A stretch of 64,000 nt of DNA, from IMG/VR virus record IMGVR_UViG_3300009175_000009, positions 48,524 through 112,523 of that record. One strand, written 5' to 3'. Made by a program: the position numbers and the translations under genes. This DNA is from a virus (taxonomy: Duplodnaviria > Heunggongvirae > Uroviricota > Caudoviricetes). The notes beneath the pieces were generated by a model, which ran no database searches, was not told the DNA's origin, and worked only from the letters and a program-made list of their open reading frames with translations. This document shows, piece after piece, positions 1 through 9,369 of the stretch; the first letter of the stretch is position 1; every line of letters begins with the position of its first letter.

Positions 1-78
1 TACCTGCGACGCGTGGTCGGGGGTGACGAGAAGGTGATGGCCATAGCCCTTGCCTATATGGGCATTGAGGACGAGTAG
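1..78 (+). CDS. 3' end of an upstream gene, partial (…YLRRVVGGDEKVMAIALAYMGIEDE*)
   Basis: open frame running into the window start and ending at TAG 76-78. Confidence 0.3.
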   Translation, partial: YLRRVVGGDEKVMAIALAYMGIEDE

Positions 79-80
79 CC

Positions 81-278
81 GTGTATGTAGTGAAACGCAA
101 ACCGGGCGAAAGCATAGTGATCGACGACCGAATTACCGTTACGGTTTTAGAGTCGACCGATTGCCGCGTCAAGCTCGGAGTCGAGGCTGCCGGTGACGTA
201 TCGGTTCGCCGCGTGGAACCTGAAAATTTAACCGAAGCACCCGCCGATGCGGGAGCAACCAACCAAGGAGAAGTTTGA
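81..278 (+). CDS. csrA: carbon storage regulator CsrA homolog
   Basis: 65 aa; KPGESIVIDDRITVTVLE…VKLGVEA..DVSVRRVE matches the CsrA fold signature (VGE.i.Igd.I.itVl..g..vrlGi.AP..v.v.R.E). Confidence 0.7.
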   Translation: MYVVKRKPGESIVIDDRITVTVLESTDCRVKLGVEAAGDVSVRRVEPENLTEAPADAGATNQGEV

Positions 279-280
279 TC

Positions 281-928
281 ATGTCGATTGAAAGTGAACT
301 GCTGAAGGCCACAGGCCAAAAGGTGCGAGGGTCAAAGGAAGCGGAGCAGACGTACTTGACCCGCATTGCTCTGGAGTCCAACAACCTGGGCGACGACGAC
401 TGGAAGAAGCTGTCGGTCGAGGCTCAGGAGTGGATGAACGTCGCGTCCGAATCCTACGACAGCAAGCGTCCGATTCCGGGATTCGGCGGCAAGGCCGCAC
501 CCGCCGACGCCGCACCCGCCGACGCCGATCCTGCCGAGGCCGAAGCCGAGGGCGATGAGGTCGAAGGTGACGAGACCGACGCCGCCGAGGAGGCCGCAGC
601 CGAAGAAGCTCCCGCGCCCGCCAAGGCCAAGCCCGCCAAGGCTGATAAGTCAGCCGTCACCAAGGCCGAGAAACCGGCCAAGGCCGAGAAGCCGAAGAAG
701 GCCGAGAAGGCTCCCGCCGCGGACGGCGAGAAGCGTGGCGGATCCCGTCGCATGCGTGAGCTGATCTGCGAAGACCCGACCTTGGAGCAGCCCGCCCTGA
801 AGGCGAAGCTCGACGAGGAAGGTTACAAGATCAGCGATATCACCTTCAACGCGACGTACTACGACGTCAAGTCGACCATCCGCCTGCTCTCCGACCTGGG
901 CAAGCTCAAGGCCAAGGTCAGCGTCTGA
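281..928 (+). CDS. hypothetical protein with acidic linker and KAEKP/AKPAK histone-H1-like low-complexity repeats
   Basis: ATG 281 preceded by AAGGAGA; ORF track started at TTG 275; repeats PAKAKPAKADK…KAEKPAKAEKPKKAEK. Confidence 0.55.
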   Translation: MSIESELLKATGQKVRGSKEAEQTYLTRIALESNNLGDDDWKKLSVEAQEWMNVASESYDSKRPIPGFGGKAAPADAAPADADPAEAEAEGDEVEGDETDAAEEAAAEEAPAPAKAKPAKADKSAVTKAEKPAKAEKPKKAEKAPAADGEKRGGSRRMRELICEDPTLEQPALKAKLDEEGYKISDITFNATYYDVKSTIRLLSDLGKLKAKVSV

Positions 929-1017
929 CGAAACGTGTTTCTGGCCGGGAGGTGTCGCAGCCGAATATGCGGTGCCTCTCGGCCCGTTCGCGTTCCGCTA
1001 ATCGCAAGGAGACAATC

Positions 1018-2298
1018 ATGTCGAAGCGTATGTTTGATGCTACCCGTGCTGAAGTGTGGGTGGCGATAGACGTTCCCGACTCCGATGCGATGATCGAAGC
1101 CCTGCACGAATTGGACAGGGCCAATCGACCGTTCGGTGTCAAAGTCGGCCTGGAGGTGGTGACCGCACTGGGGCTGCCGCACGTGGTCAGCATCGTCCGC
1201 AACAGGCCGATGTTCATCGACCTGAAGTTCAAGGACATCCCCAATACCGTGGGAGGAGCATCTCGTGCCCTTCGGCGGTTTCATCCCACGATCTTCAACG
1301 TGCATGCCAGCGGTGGCGTTCGTATGATGAAGGCCGCCGTTGAGAATCGCGGTGAATCGGCGGTCTTCGCCGTCACTGTGCTGACCAGCCTGTCCGAACA
1401 AGAGGCTGGCATCAGCTACGGCGTGATATCTACGGGCTACGCAGTCGAAACGTTCGCCAAGCTGGCTGCCGAGGCCGGTGTGCAGGGGCTGATCTGTTCG
1501 GCAGCCGATCTGGCTGTGCAGGTAAGCCCCGACCTGCTGAAGCTGACGCCCGGCATTCGCCCGGATTGGGCTTCGGACAAGGGCGACCAGAAACGCGTCA
1601 CGACGCCCGCCGAGGCCGCTGTGGCGGGTGCTGACGGCATCGTGGTAGGCAGGCCGATACTTTCCCCGCCCAACGGCATCTTGCGGTGGCGAGCCCTACA
1701 GCGGGTTCACGACGAGTTCTGGTTGCTATCTGCACTGAAGGAACTGGGTGGGCTGCTGAACGGGCACTACGTCTACAAGTCTGGTCGGCACGGGCCGCAG
1801 TACTTTAACAAGGACGTGTTGCTCAACGATGCCGATGCTGTACGTCAGGTGGGCCAGATGATCGTCGACAGTCTTCCTGACGGCTACCGCTTCGATGTGG
1901 TGGTCGGCCCGGAGACGGGCGGTGCAAAGCTCGCTCGCGCGATTGGCGATATCATGGGTCAGCCGTGGGTTGGTGCGGAGAAGACGACCGATGGATTCTG
2001 GTTCCAGTCATGGAGCGATAAGTGGAAGGAGGTTCTCATCGTCGAGGATGTCCTGACCACGGGCGGCAGTCTGGACAAGGTAGTCGCCGAGGTGAATCGT
2101 CTGGTTCGTGGCAGTAGCGACGCAGGTGGGCTGGTACAGGTCAAGCGAGCCGTATTGAACCGCGGTGGCGTGGAGATGGTGAGCCTGGAGACCATAGCAT
2201 CCCTCGATGCTGTAAGTTATTCCGCCGAGGAGTGTCCGTTATGTAAGGCCGGCGCGCCTATCAGCACCGACGCCGGTCACGCAAAACCAAAGGTGTAG
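1018..2298 (+). CDS. bifunctional orotidine-5'-phosphate decarboxylase (N-terminal) / orotate phosphoribosyltransferase (C-terminal) fusion
   Basis: ODCase signature FIDLKFKDIPNTV; PRPP-binding OPRTase signature VLIVEDVLTTGGS plus VVGPETGG; RBS AAGGAGA before ATG 1018. Confidence 0.85.
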   Translation: MSKRMFDATRAEVWVAIDVPDSDAMIEALHELDRANRPFGVKVGLEVVTALGLPHVVSIVRNRPMFIDLKFKDIPNTVGGASRALRRFHPTIFNVHASGGVRMMKAAVENRGESAVFAVTVLTSLSEQEAGISYGVISTGYAVETFAKLAAEAGVQGLICSAADLAVQVSPDLLKLTPGIRPDWASDKGDQKRVTTPAEAAVAGADGIVVGRPILSPPNGILRWRALQRVHDEFWLLSALKELGGLLNGHYVYKSGRHGPQYFNKDVLLNDADAVRQVGQMIVDSLPDGYRFDVVVGPETGGAKLARAIGDIMGQPWVGAEKTTDGFWFQSWSDKWKEVLIVEDVLTTGGSLDKVVAEVNRLVRGSSDAGGLVQVKRAVLNRGGVEMVSLETIASLDAVSYSAEECPLCKAGAPISTDAGHAKPKV

Positions 2299-2413
2299 CT
2301 TCTCCGGACGGGCTGTGGGCAAACAGCAAGTCGCCGGTCAAAAGCTGGAGGTGCGGGGTGAAAGTCCCTGCTGGCCCGTTCTTTAGAATCAATAACAATC
2401 AAGGAGATAGATC

Positions 2414-3487
2414 ATGCGGTTAGTGGATGCAGTGGCTCGATTGAAGATGGTCGGCCTGGGGTTGAGCGGAGACGCCAACGATGACACGGGGCAGTTCGTG
2501 TTCCGAGATGGGCGGGTATCAACCCACAACGGCGTGTTCGGCCTATGGGCCAACATGGACATCGGCATCGAGACGGCCCTGCCGGGCGACAAGCTGACGT
2601 CCCTCCTGTCGAAGTGCAACGGCACCGATGTGGAGTTCACGAACGTCGGCGATTCCGTTCGCATCACCTGCGGACGCACCAACGTCACGATGCGGAAGCT
2701 GGAGATCACTTCCAAGGAGATGCCCGAACTCGCGGGCGTGACCGTCGACTGGCGACGGGCGTGGACCGAGGCACTGGAGCGAGCTTCGTGGTCGATGAGC
2801 GATGACCCACAGCGACCTGACCTCGCGGGCATCACCATGAGCGCGGTCGAGAACGCGATGGTCTTCTACAGCACAATTGGCATGGGTATCACCCGCAGCA
2901 TTGTGCCGGGAGCCAGCGACGACGTTCTGGTCGGCAGTGCCCTGATCATACCGTCCCGGTTCATGTGGGCGGTGCAGCGGGTGGTCGGCAGCCAACCATG
3001 CTCGGCGATTCAGTTTGCCGACGAGTATCTGCACGCCGTGTTCGGCGAAGGTGATAGTGCAGCACACCTGTACGGCAGCTTCCCGTCCGAGGCCAAGCCC
3101 GAACGATACGACGAGATCATCGCCGCCATTATCGATGGTCTGGAGTGGGTGGCCGTGCCCGCAGGGCTCGCACCGACTCTGGATCGCGTGGAGGCAGCCG
3201 GTGGCCGCGATACGATCACGGAGATCACCGTAGCCAACGGCAAGATGCGTCTGCATACCGACGAGGACTTTGGCACCGTCGACGACGAATTGGACTTCCC
3301 TGGTGAGGGCGGACCCATTAAGGTGAAAGCCGCTGTGTTGCGGAAGGCGGCGTCGGTGTCCAACGAGATAGCCATCAGCGCGAACTGCGTCGGCCTACGC
3401 AGCGGTGATGGTTTCATGTACGTTCAGGCCACCGTGACGGATGCCACGGCAACCCCAGCACCACAAGAGGAAGAAACGCAATCATGA
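2414..3487 (+). CDS. putative DNA polymerase sliding clamp (beta-clamp-like)
   Basis: 357 aa; overall size and weak C-terminal resemblance to DnaN domain III; located between pyr gene and polymerase; RBS AAGGAGA. Confidence 0.4.
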   Translation: MRLVDAVARLKMVGLGLSGDANDDTGQFVFRDGRVSTHNGVFGLWANMDIGIETALPGDKLTSLLSKCNGTDVEFTNVGDSVRITCGRTNVTMRKLEITSKEMPELAGVTVDWRRAWTEALERASWSMSDDPQRPDLAGITMSAVENAMVFYSTIGMGITRSIVPGASDDVLVGSALIIPSRFMWAVQRVVGSQPCSAIQFADEYLHAVFGEGDSAAHLYGSFPSEAKPERYDEIIAAIIDGLEWVAVPAGLAPTLDRVEAAGGRDTITEITVANGKMRLHTDEDFGTVDDELDFPGEGGPIKVKAAVLRKAASVSNEIAISANCVGLRSGDGFMYVQATVTDATATPAPQEEETQS

Positions 3488-3927
3488 TTCCCATTTTGGG
3501 CGAAGAGCGAACAGTGTATTCCGCCGACGAAGTGAAGGAGATGCTCAACCAGAGCCTTCAGCAGCAGGCGGAGCGGATCATGAACGACCAGTTCGTGAGC
3601 CTGTACTTTGCCTGCATTCAGTTAGGTTTCAGCGAACGCATCAAGGCCCACAGGTCTTGGTCGAACGACGTCGCGACCGGCCTGGCTGAGCAGGCCCACC
3701 AGACCGTGACGGCAGCGTTTGAACGCCTGGGCAAGAGCCAGCGTGAGAAACAGGCTATGCTGGAGAAGGCGATGGCCGAGGCCGACCGCCGCAAGCGAGC
3801 CAAAGACCCAACGTCCGTTGAGGCTACCGGCCAGACCGGACCGCAGGAAGCCGCGTGTGCGGCGGGCTGCGATTGCTCGCAAGAACAGCCGCCCGCCGCA
3901 GAGAAGCCCGCCGGCGAGGCAACGTGA
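3484..3927 (+). CDS. hypothetical protein
   Basis: ORF with ATGA overlap to the upstream gene. Confidence 0.45.
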   Translation: MIPILGEERTVYSADEVKEMLNQSLQQQAERIMNDQFVSLYFACIQLGFSERIKAHRSWSNDVATGLAEQAHQTVTAAFERLGKSQREKQAMLEKAMAEADRRKRAKDPTSVEATGQTGPQEAACAAGCDCSQEQPPAAEKPAGEAT

Positions 3928-3938
3928 CGCGTTCAGTG

Positions 3939-3958
3939 GCAAGCCTGCGGGCTTGCCG
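3939..3958 (+). terminator. GC hairpin GCAAGCC-tgcg-GGCTTGC (no U-tract) immediately before promoter-like motif
   Basis: perfect 7-bp stem / 4-nt loop directly after the stop of the 3484 gene. Confidence 0.3.
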
Positions 3959-3965
3959 TGTCTGG
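3958..3965 (+). promoter_or_regulatory. GTGTCTGG upstream motif (candidate phage promoter core) before DNA polymerase
   Basis: cGTGTCTGG + GGAGACTACAGGAGG; 26 nt before ATG. Confidence 0.45.
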
Positions 3966-3990
3966 TGGAGACTACAGGAGGAAAGTAACA

Positions 3991-6630
3991 ATGGGCGACG
4001 GTAAGTTTTTCACCAGAATAGACCTGAAGGCCCCGACAACGGGGAGGGTCAAGCCGCGGACGACTGGCCGCGACGAGGCGTACTATAACGAGAGGGGCTG
4101 CGACGCATGCCCGCTGGTCGATACCTGCGGTGGAATCGAGGATTCCCAGGTGAAGCCATCGGGAACGTCGCGGCCCCTCATCTACGTTCTGGGCGAAGCC
4201 CCAGGCAAAGATGAGGCTGAAGCGGGTGAACCGTTTGTTGGCAAGGCGGGCCAAGAGCTACGCCGCCATCTGCCCGATATCAGTATCTGTAGATTCAACA
4301 ACCCGGTGCGAGCACGGCCCGAGAACAACCGTGTGCCGACGATGTCCGAGGTGGAGTCATGCCGACAGCACCTCGTGGCTGATATCGAACGCACCAAGCC
4401 TGCGGCAATCCTTGCCTGCGGAGCAACTGCCCTGAGTTGGTTCATCGGCGGTGAGCCACGAATCACAACGTGGCGTGGGCGTCGCCTGCCCGTGCAGGTA
4501 GGGAGTCATCGGTGCTGGATGTATCCGGTGATGCATCCGTCCTTTATCATACGGCAGGGCGGTGACAAGGGTGGACCCGACCGCGAGGCTCGCCAGCATG
4601 CCGTCATGTTCAAGCACGATATCAAGCGGTGTTTCGCCGAGACCAAGAAGGGTATCGACCTGGGTGACCTGCCCTGGAACATCGATGCTCTGGAGGATGG
4701 CGTGGAACTGGCGACGCCCAAGCTCGGCGTCAAGTGGGTGGTGAAGATGCTAGAGGACGCCGCGAAGGCGAAGATCTGCGGCCTCGACCTGGAAACCAAC
4801 CGCGTGCGTCCCTACGCCAGCGGATCCCGAATTCTGAGCATGGCCATCAGCACGCCCAAGACGGCGTTTGCATTCCCGATAGGCCACAGTGATGCGTGGT
4901 GGTCGGCAGAGGACGAGATCGTACTGACGAGTGCCATCCGAGGATTCCTGCTAACCAAGATGATGAAGGTTGTCCACAACGCCAGCTTCGATATGGAGTG
5001 GCTGCTGCGGTTCTACGGCGTGCAAATCCTGAAGGATGATCTGTGGAATACGTGGGGTTGCACGCAGAACCAAGCGTACACCCTCGACGAACGCAAAGAG
5101 GACAGGATGCAAAGCCTCGATAGCCTGTGCCTGGAACGCTTGGGCACGCGGCTGAAGAAGTACAGCGACGTCGATGCCAAGCGTGGTGAGGTGGCCGAGA
5201 TCGGGAAGCTCCTGCGGTACAACGCCCTTGATGCTAAGTGCCATAGGCTTCTGTACGAAGAGCAGAACCGGGCACTGAAAGCGACGGGTATGCTGAACAC
5301 GTATCTCGATCATGTTCGTCGCGTACCGTTCCTCGTCTTGATGCAGCACAAGGGCGTTCCCGTCAGCCAGCCGGTGGTCGAGGAACTGCTGACAGACACT
5401 AACACCAAGATCAGGTTGGTAACGCAATCCGCCCTTGATACGCCCGAGGCTCATCAGTATCGCAATACATGGGGCACGCCGTTCATCATCAACGGTAAGG
5501 GCAGCCGCGAATGCCTGGAGAAGGTGTTCGGGCACATCGAAGCCCTGTACCGCAAGGACGCCAACGGCGAGGAAGTTTTCACGACCGATAGCAGCGTATT
5601 CAGCACTATTGATTCGCCACTGGCCCACAGTATCAGCGAGTTCCGCGAGTGGACGAAGATACGCGATACTTATCTTCTGCCCATGCGTGCCGGTGCGGGT
5701 AGCTTGGTTTACGAGGACGGCAATCTGCATGCCAACTTCAATGGGACGTTCACCGATACCGGGCGGCTGTCGTCTGACGGCCCGAATATGCAGAACTTTC
5801 CCAAGCGTGAACACGCCGAGGTGCGGAAGATGGTATCGGCCCCTGAAGGCTGGCTCATTGTATCCGCCGATATGAAGCAACTGGAAGTCTGCGTGGCGGC
5901 CCAAATGTCGGGCGACAAGCGGTTGCTGAAGGCTGTCCGCGAACGGGCCGACATTCACATGAAGTACGCGATCATGCTCAGCGAGGGCGTGCCGTTGTAT
6001 TTGGAACTGGTCGGTCACGGTGATATCAAGAAGGCACGCTCGGCGATCAAGAGCCTGATCACCTTCCCGTTTCTGTACGGTGCCATCCATACGACTGCCT
6101 CCCGCAACGTTCTGGCCAGCATGTCACAGTTCGACCGCGACAGGGCCGAAAGCGTCCGCAAGAAGGTGGAGAGAACCTGCGAGGACATCGAAAAGGAATT
6201 CTGGATTGAGTATCGTGATGTCAAGGCATGGCAGAACAAGCTGATGTCGGACTACGAGAAGAACGGCTATGTCACCTGCATGAACGGGCGTCGCCGCCGC
6301 GGGCCGCTGTCGATCAACCAGATCGCTAATACGCCTATTCAGGGCAGTGCCAGCGACCTTGTGGTGGACGCCGGCAATCGGCTGGCTCAGAAGGGCCTGC
6401 GGGACAATAACATGGCCCTGGTGATGAATATGAATATTCACGACGACCTGACGACCTTCGCCAAGAAGGAGGCCGCCGACGACGTGATGGCCGAAATGGT
6501 TGAAACCATGTTGCACCCCGGTTACGAGAACTGGGACATCAAGGCATGCCCGCTGGGCGTGGAGGTTTCTATCGGTTCCAACTGGTCGAATCAGAAGGCT
6601 ATCGGGACGTGGTATAGCGACGAAGCCTGA
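3991..6630 (+). CDS. family-A DNA polymerase with N-terminal family-4 uracil-DNA-glycosylase-like domain and 3'-5' exonuclease domain
   Basis: UDG4 motifs CDACPL, GEAPGKDE, PFVGKAG; exo motif DLETN; PolA motif A SADMKQLEV, motif B RSAIKSLITFPFLYG, motif C IHDDL; RBS GGAGGAAAG before ATG 3991. Confidence 0.9.
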   Translation: MGDGKFFTRIDLKAPTTGRVKPRTTGRDEAYYNERGCDACPLVDTCGGIEDSQVKPSGTSRPLIYVLGEAPGKDEAEAGEPFVGKAGQELRRHLPDISICRFNNPVRARPENNRVPTMSEVESCRQHLVADIERTKPAAILACGATALSWFIGGEPRITTWRGRRLPVQVGSHRCWMYPVMHPSFIIRQGGDKGGPDREARQHAVMFKHDIKRCFAETKKGIDLGDLPWNIDALEDGVELATPKLGVKWVVKMLEDAAKAKICGLDLETNRVRPYASGSRILSMAISTPKTAFAFPIGHSDAWWSAEDEIVLTSAIRGFLLTKMMKVVHNASFDMEWLLRFYGVQILKDDLWNTWGCTQNQAYTLDERKEDRMQSLDSLCLERLGTRLKKYSDVDAKRGEVAEIGKLLRYNALDAKCHRLLYEEQNRALKATGMLNTYLDHVRRVPFLVLMQHKGVPVSQPVVEELLTDTNTKIRLVTQSALDTPEAHQYRNTWGTPFIINGKGSRECLEKVFGHIEALYRKDANGEEVFTTDSSVFSTIDSPLAHSISEFREWTKIRDTYLLPMRAGAGSLVYEDGNLHANFNGTFTDTGRLSSDGPNMQNFPKREHAEVRKMVSAPEGWLIVSADMKQLEVCVAAQMSGDKRLLKAVRERADIHMKYAIMLSEGVPLYLELVGHGDIKKARSAIKSLITFPFLYGAIHTTASRNVLASMSQFDRDRAESVRKKVERTCEDIEKEFWIEYRDVKAWQNKLMSDYEKNGYVTCMNGRRRRGPLSINQIANTPIQGSASDLVVDAGNRLAQKGLRDNNMALVMNMNIHDDLTTFAKKEAADDVMAEMVETMLHPGYENWDIKACPLGVEVSIGSNWSNQKAIGTWYSDEA

Positions 6631-6648
6631 ACATGATATTCCGTAGCC

Positions 6649-6656
6649 GTGTCTAG
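6649..6656 (+). promoter_or_regulatory. GTGTCTAG + ATAGGCATGGGAG motif
   Basis: 22 nt upstream of ATG 6678. Confidence 0.45.
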
Positions 6657-6677
6657 ATAGGCATGGGAGTAACAACC

Positions 6678-7379
6678 ATGAACTATCAGCGAACCCGCCC
6701 AATTCGGCCACCGAGGTACGATTCACGTGCGTGTAGCACGACCTACCGTCCCCGTTCCATGAGGCGTGAGCTACGCAAGGGCAGCCTCGTGGACTTGCTC
6801 GACGCCGAACCGGCCCTGGTGGATTTGGCCGACGCCGACCTTATTCAGGCGTGGGAAGACAACGACCAGCAACTGCGGCATAACGGCAACTGCGAAGATC
6901 ACGACACGGTTCAGCAGCGACAGCGGGAAATCGAGGCCGAGTGGGAGAAGCGATACCCCGGTATCCCCATCAGCGATCCCGAGCCGCCCGCCCTGACGGC
7001 CAGCGATATCATGGCCGAGACCGGCATTAGCCGCAGTGCAGCGAACCACAGGCTACGCCTGGGCCTGCCCCGCGATCTTCTCCTGCACCCCGGTAAGTTG
7101 CCCCGCGGCGAATACAACCTGCCCGAATCTGAACGTGCCCGCAAGGGCAAGGTCATTCGTAAGTATCACCTGTACAAGATCGCCGAGGCTGCCACCGACC
7201 TGTTCTGTTCCAAGGATCCCACGGCGGATAAGCTGATACGACTGCGGGATGCCTTGGAGGCCAGCGGTGTCGACCTGATGGCCGAGGCCATCGGTGAGGT
7301 TGACGCCGAGGGTGAAGCATTCAACGCGTACTGGCACAGGCAGGCACTCAGCATGGGAATGATTGACGAGGAGTTATGA
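6678..7379 (+). CDS. hypothetical protein (possible HTH: DIMAETGISRSAANHRL)
   Basis: ATG 6678 with GGGAG RBS; track start 6663 lies inside the promoter-like motif. Confidence 0.5.
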   Translation: MNYQRTRPIRPPRYDSRACSTTYRPRSMRRELRKGSLVDLLDAEPALVDLADADLIQAWEDNDQQLRHNGNCEDHDTVQQRQREIEAEWEKRYPGIPISDPEPPALTASDIMAETGISRSAANHRLRLGLPRDLLLHPGKLPRGEYNLPESERARKGKVIRKYHLYKIAEAATDLFCSKDPTADKLIRLRDALEASGVDLMAEAIGEVDAEGEAFNAYWHRQALSMGMIDEEL

Positions 7380-7711
7380 TGATTGACGCCACAAATAGAT
7401 TCCGCGATTTGGTCGACTTCCTGTGCGAGGTTCCGATGACCGTGTCGCAGCGGTCGAAAGTATCGGAGATGCTGAACGAGCTAGGCCCGAACGATCCGCC
7501 GCCGTACTGGTCGGATCGTGTACGGTCTATCGAGCACACGTGCAAACAGGCACGCAGCGATTACAACGCTGTGAAGGCCGAACGCGACCAGGCCCGCCGC
7601 CTTGCCAATCAGCTTGAGTTTATGCGTGCAGCCAGTCATGTGGAGGAGAGCCGCCGGAGATCAACCGTAGTCCTGGCTGACTGGAAGATCATGGAGGCAA
7701 AGTTCAAATGA
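7376..7711 (+). CDS. hypothetical protein
   Basis: ORF, ATGA overlap. Confidence 0.45.
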   Translation: MMIDATNRFRDLVDFLCEVPMTVSQRSKVSEMLNELGPNDPPPYWSDRVRSIEHTCKQARSDYNAVKAERDQARRLANQLEFMRAASHVEESRRRSTVVLADWKIMEAKFK

Positions 7712-7968
7712 AAGTTATCTTAGGATATTCCGATGACCGTACCGACAGCGTGAATCAGGACTCCCCGCCGCGGATCGGTGAAGGTGTCCAGATAGACGGT
7801 GATAAAAGAAACTACCTCGTGGCCGATGTCGTCCACGTATACAGCAGAGACCAATACGGGCAATTGCGGCATGTAACCGTTGTCGCTGAACTTAAGGAGA
7901 TACCCAATGGCGGAACGCCGCAAACTGACACGCAACACGCAGGAATCGTTGATACCGGCCAAGGCTGA
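7708..7968 (+). CDS. hypothetical protein (3' end overlaps clamp-loader start by ~60 nt)
   Basis: ORF with ATGA overlap upstream. Confidence 0.35.
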   Translation: MKVILGYSDDRTDSVNQDSPPRIGEGVQIDGDKRNYLVADVVHVYSRDQYGQLRHVTVVAELKEIPNGGTPQTDTQHAGIVDTGQG

Positions 7969-8929
7969 GAAGCCTGCACCATCGCCCGAAGCGGACTTTT
8001 GTAACATCTACCGTCCCGGCACGTTCGATGATATCCTCGGCCACGAGTCTATCAGTACCAGCGTCAAGGCAGTTCTGGATTCACGAAGCAAACGATGCTT
8101 CGTGTTCACCGGGCCGAGCGGCCTGGGCAAGACCACGTTCTCCCGCGCTATCAGGAATTATGTGTGCGGCGGCAACGACCTGCTCATGGACTACAAGGAG
8201 GTCGACGGCCCGGTCTACAGCAGTGCCGAGAAGGCCCGCGAACTGGTCGAGTGGATGCGGTACAAGCCCATGATCGCCGGCGGCAAGAAGCTGATCTGCG
8301 TGGACGAGGCACATGCTTTGTCGGGGCAGGCCTGGCAGTGCCTGCTGAAGTCAGCCGAGGAGCCGCCACCCTACGGGTACTGGATCTTCTGCACCACGGT
8401 CAGTGGCAAGGTGCCGGCCACCATCATGACCCGCGGAGCGAGCTACAATCTCGAACCGCTGGATGCCAAGACCCTGTTCGTCCTGCTGCAAATCGTGAAC
8501 GAAGAGCAGAAGCTGAACCTCGACGACGATATCCTTGATCTTATTGCCCACGAGTCGGACGGCAGTCCGCGTATGGCCTTAACGAATCTCGACAAGTGTC
8601 GAACTGCCGAGGATCGCCGCGAGGCAGCGGTGCTGTTGCAGGGTGCGTATGAGAACCCCGACCTGCGAGAGCTATGCCTTGCCATGAGCAAGGGCGGAAT
8701 CTCCTGGGAGAAGGCCATGAAGGTGCTAGGCGGCCTGAGCAACCTCGACCCCGAGGGCATCCGCATCCAGATCGTGCAGTACTTCGCGTCCATCGTCCGC
8801 AACGCCAAGAACCCAGCCGCGGCTGGTGCGGCCATCGAGGTGATGGACTGCTTCCTGCCGGGGCCGCTTTACTCTGCCAACAAACATGCCGAACTGTACG
8901 TCATGCTGGCCCGCGTACTGCTGAAATGA
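7907..8929 (+). CDS. clamp loader ATPase (DnaX / RFC small-subunit-like AAA+)
   Basis: IYRPGTFDDILGHE, Walker A GPSGLGKTT, DEAH, sensor KSAEEPPPYGYWIFCTT…TIMTRG; RBS AAGGAGA; N-terminus MAERRKLTRN carries the Arg tag. Confidence 0.8.
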   Translation: MAERRKLTRNTQESLIPAKAEKPAPSPEADFCNIYRPGTFDDILGHESISTSVKAVLDSRSKRCFVFTGPSGLGKTTFSRAIRNYVCGGNDLLMDYKEVDGPVYSSAEKARELVEWMRYKPMIAGGKKLICVDEAHALSGQAWQCLLKSAEEPPPYGYWIFCTTVSGKVPATIMTRGASYNLEPLDAKTLFVLLQIVNEEQKLNLDDDILDLIAHESDGSPRMALTNLDKCRTAEDRREAAVLLQGAYENPDLRELCLAMSKGGISWEKAMKVLGGLSNLDPEGIRIQIVQYFASIVRNAKNPAAAGAAIEVMDCFLPGPLYSANKHAELYVMLARVLLK

Positions 8930-9369
8930 TCAACAGCCTTACTGCTATCGAATGGACTCGCGTGCGGGCGTTCTGCCGGGACAAACGCCCGGATGAGATT
9001 ACACCAAACGCCTTGTACCGGGCGGCACGTGGTTTGAAGGCTGGTAGCCGGAACACGAACATGGTGACCGATAGCATCATGCTGGACGCTGTGCGTATGT
9101 GGTGCGTGAAGCCCGAACCTCCCAAGGAGAAACCTGTGCCGAAGCACTTATACATTACCGTGACTGGCCCCGCGATGTCGGGGAAGTCGACTGTCGTTGA
9201 GGTGATCGCTCAGGCTCTGGCTCGTGCTGGGTTGAAGTGCGATGTGAATTACGGGGATGACGGTCAGCCAACATCACCGTTGTCCCGACGCATTGATGCC
9301 ATGAAGATTGCCGCACCGAATATCACTATTAACCAACGGCAGACCCAGCGTGAGCCTTCCAAAGATTAA
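8926..9369 (+). CDS. small P-loop NTPase-like protein
   Basis: ITVTGPAMSGKSTVV Walker-A-like; ATGA overlap with clamp loader stop. Confidence 0.45.
   Translation: MINSLTAIEWTRVRAFCRDKRPDEITPNALYRAARGLKAGSRNTNMVTDSIMLDAVRMWCVKPEPPKEKPVPKHLYITVTGPAMSGKSTVVEVIAQALARAGLKCDVNYGDDGQPTSPLSRRIDAMKIAAPNITINQRQTQREPSKD

Noticed and set aside
952-1017. Upstream ATG start for the PyrFE ORF
   Set aside because: The OMP-decarboxylase domain begins at ATG 1018, which has an AAGGAGA RBS; the extension has no RBS and sits in the intergenic gap.
4951-6090. 379-aa minus-strand ORF inside the DNA polymerase gene
   Set aside because: Antisense to a motif-verified polymerase; this is a typical high-GC antisense open frame. 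The same applies to 10898-11992(-), 26110-27096(-), 34377-35276(-), 37963-38610(-), 43393-44211(-), 33932-34702(-) and 48302-49024(-).
8674-8925. Long 231-aa ORF starting at 8674
   Set aside because: Its 5' part overlaps the clamp-loader gene out of frame; the real gene probably starts at the internal ATG 8926 (ATGA coupling).
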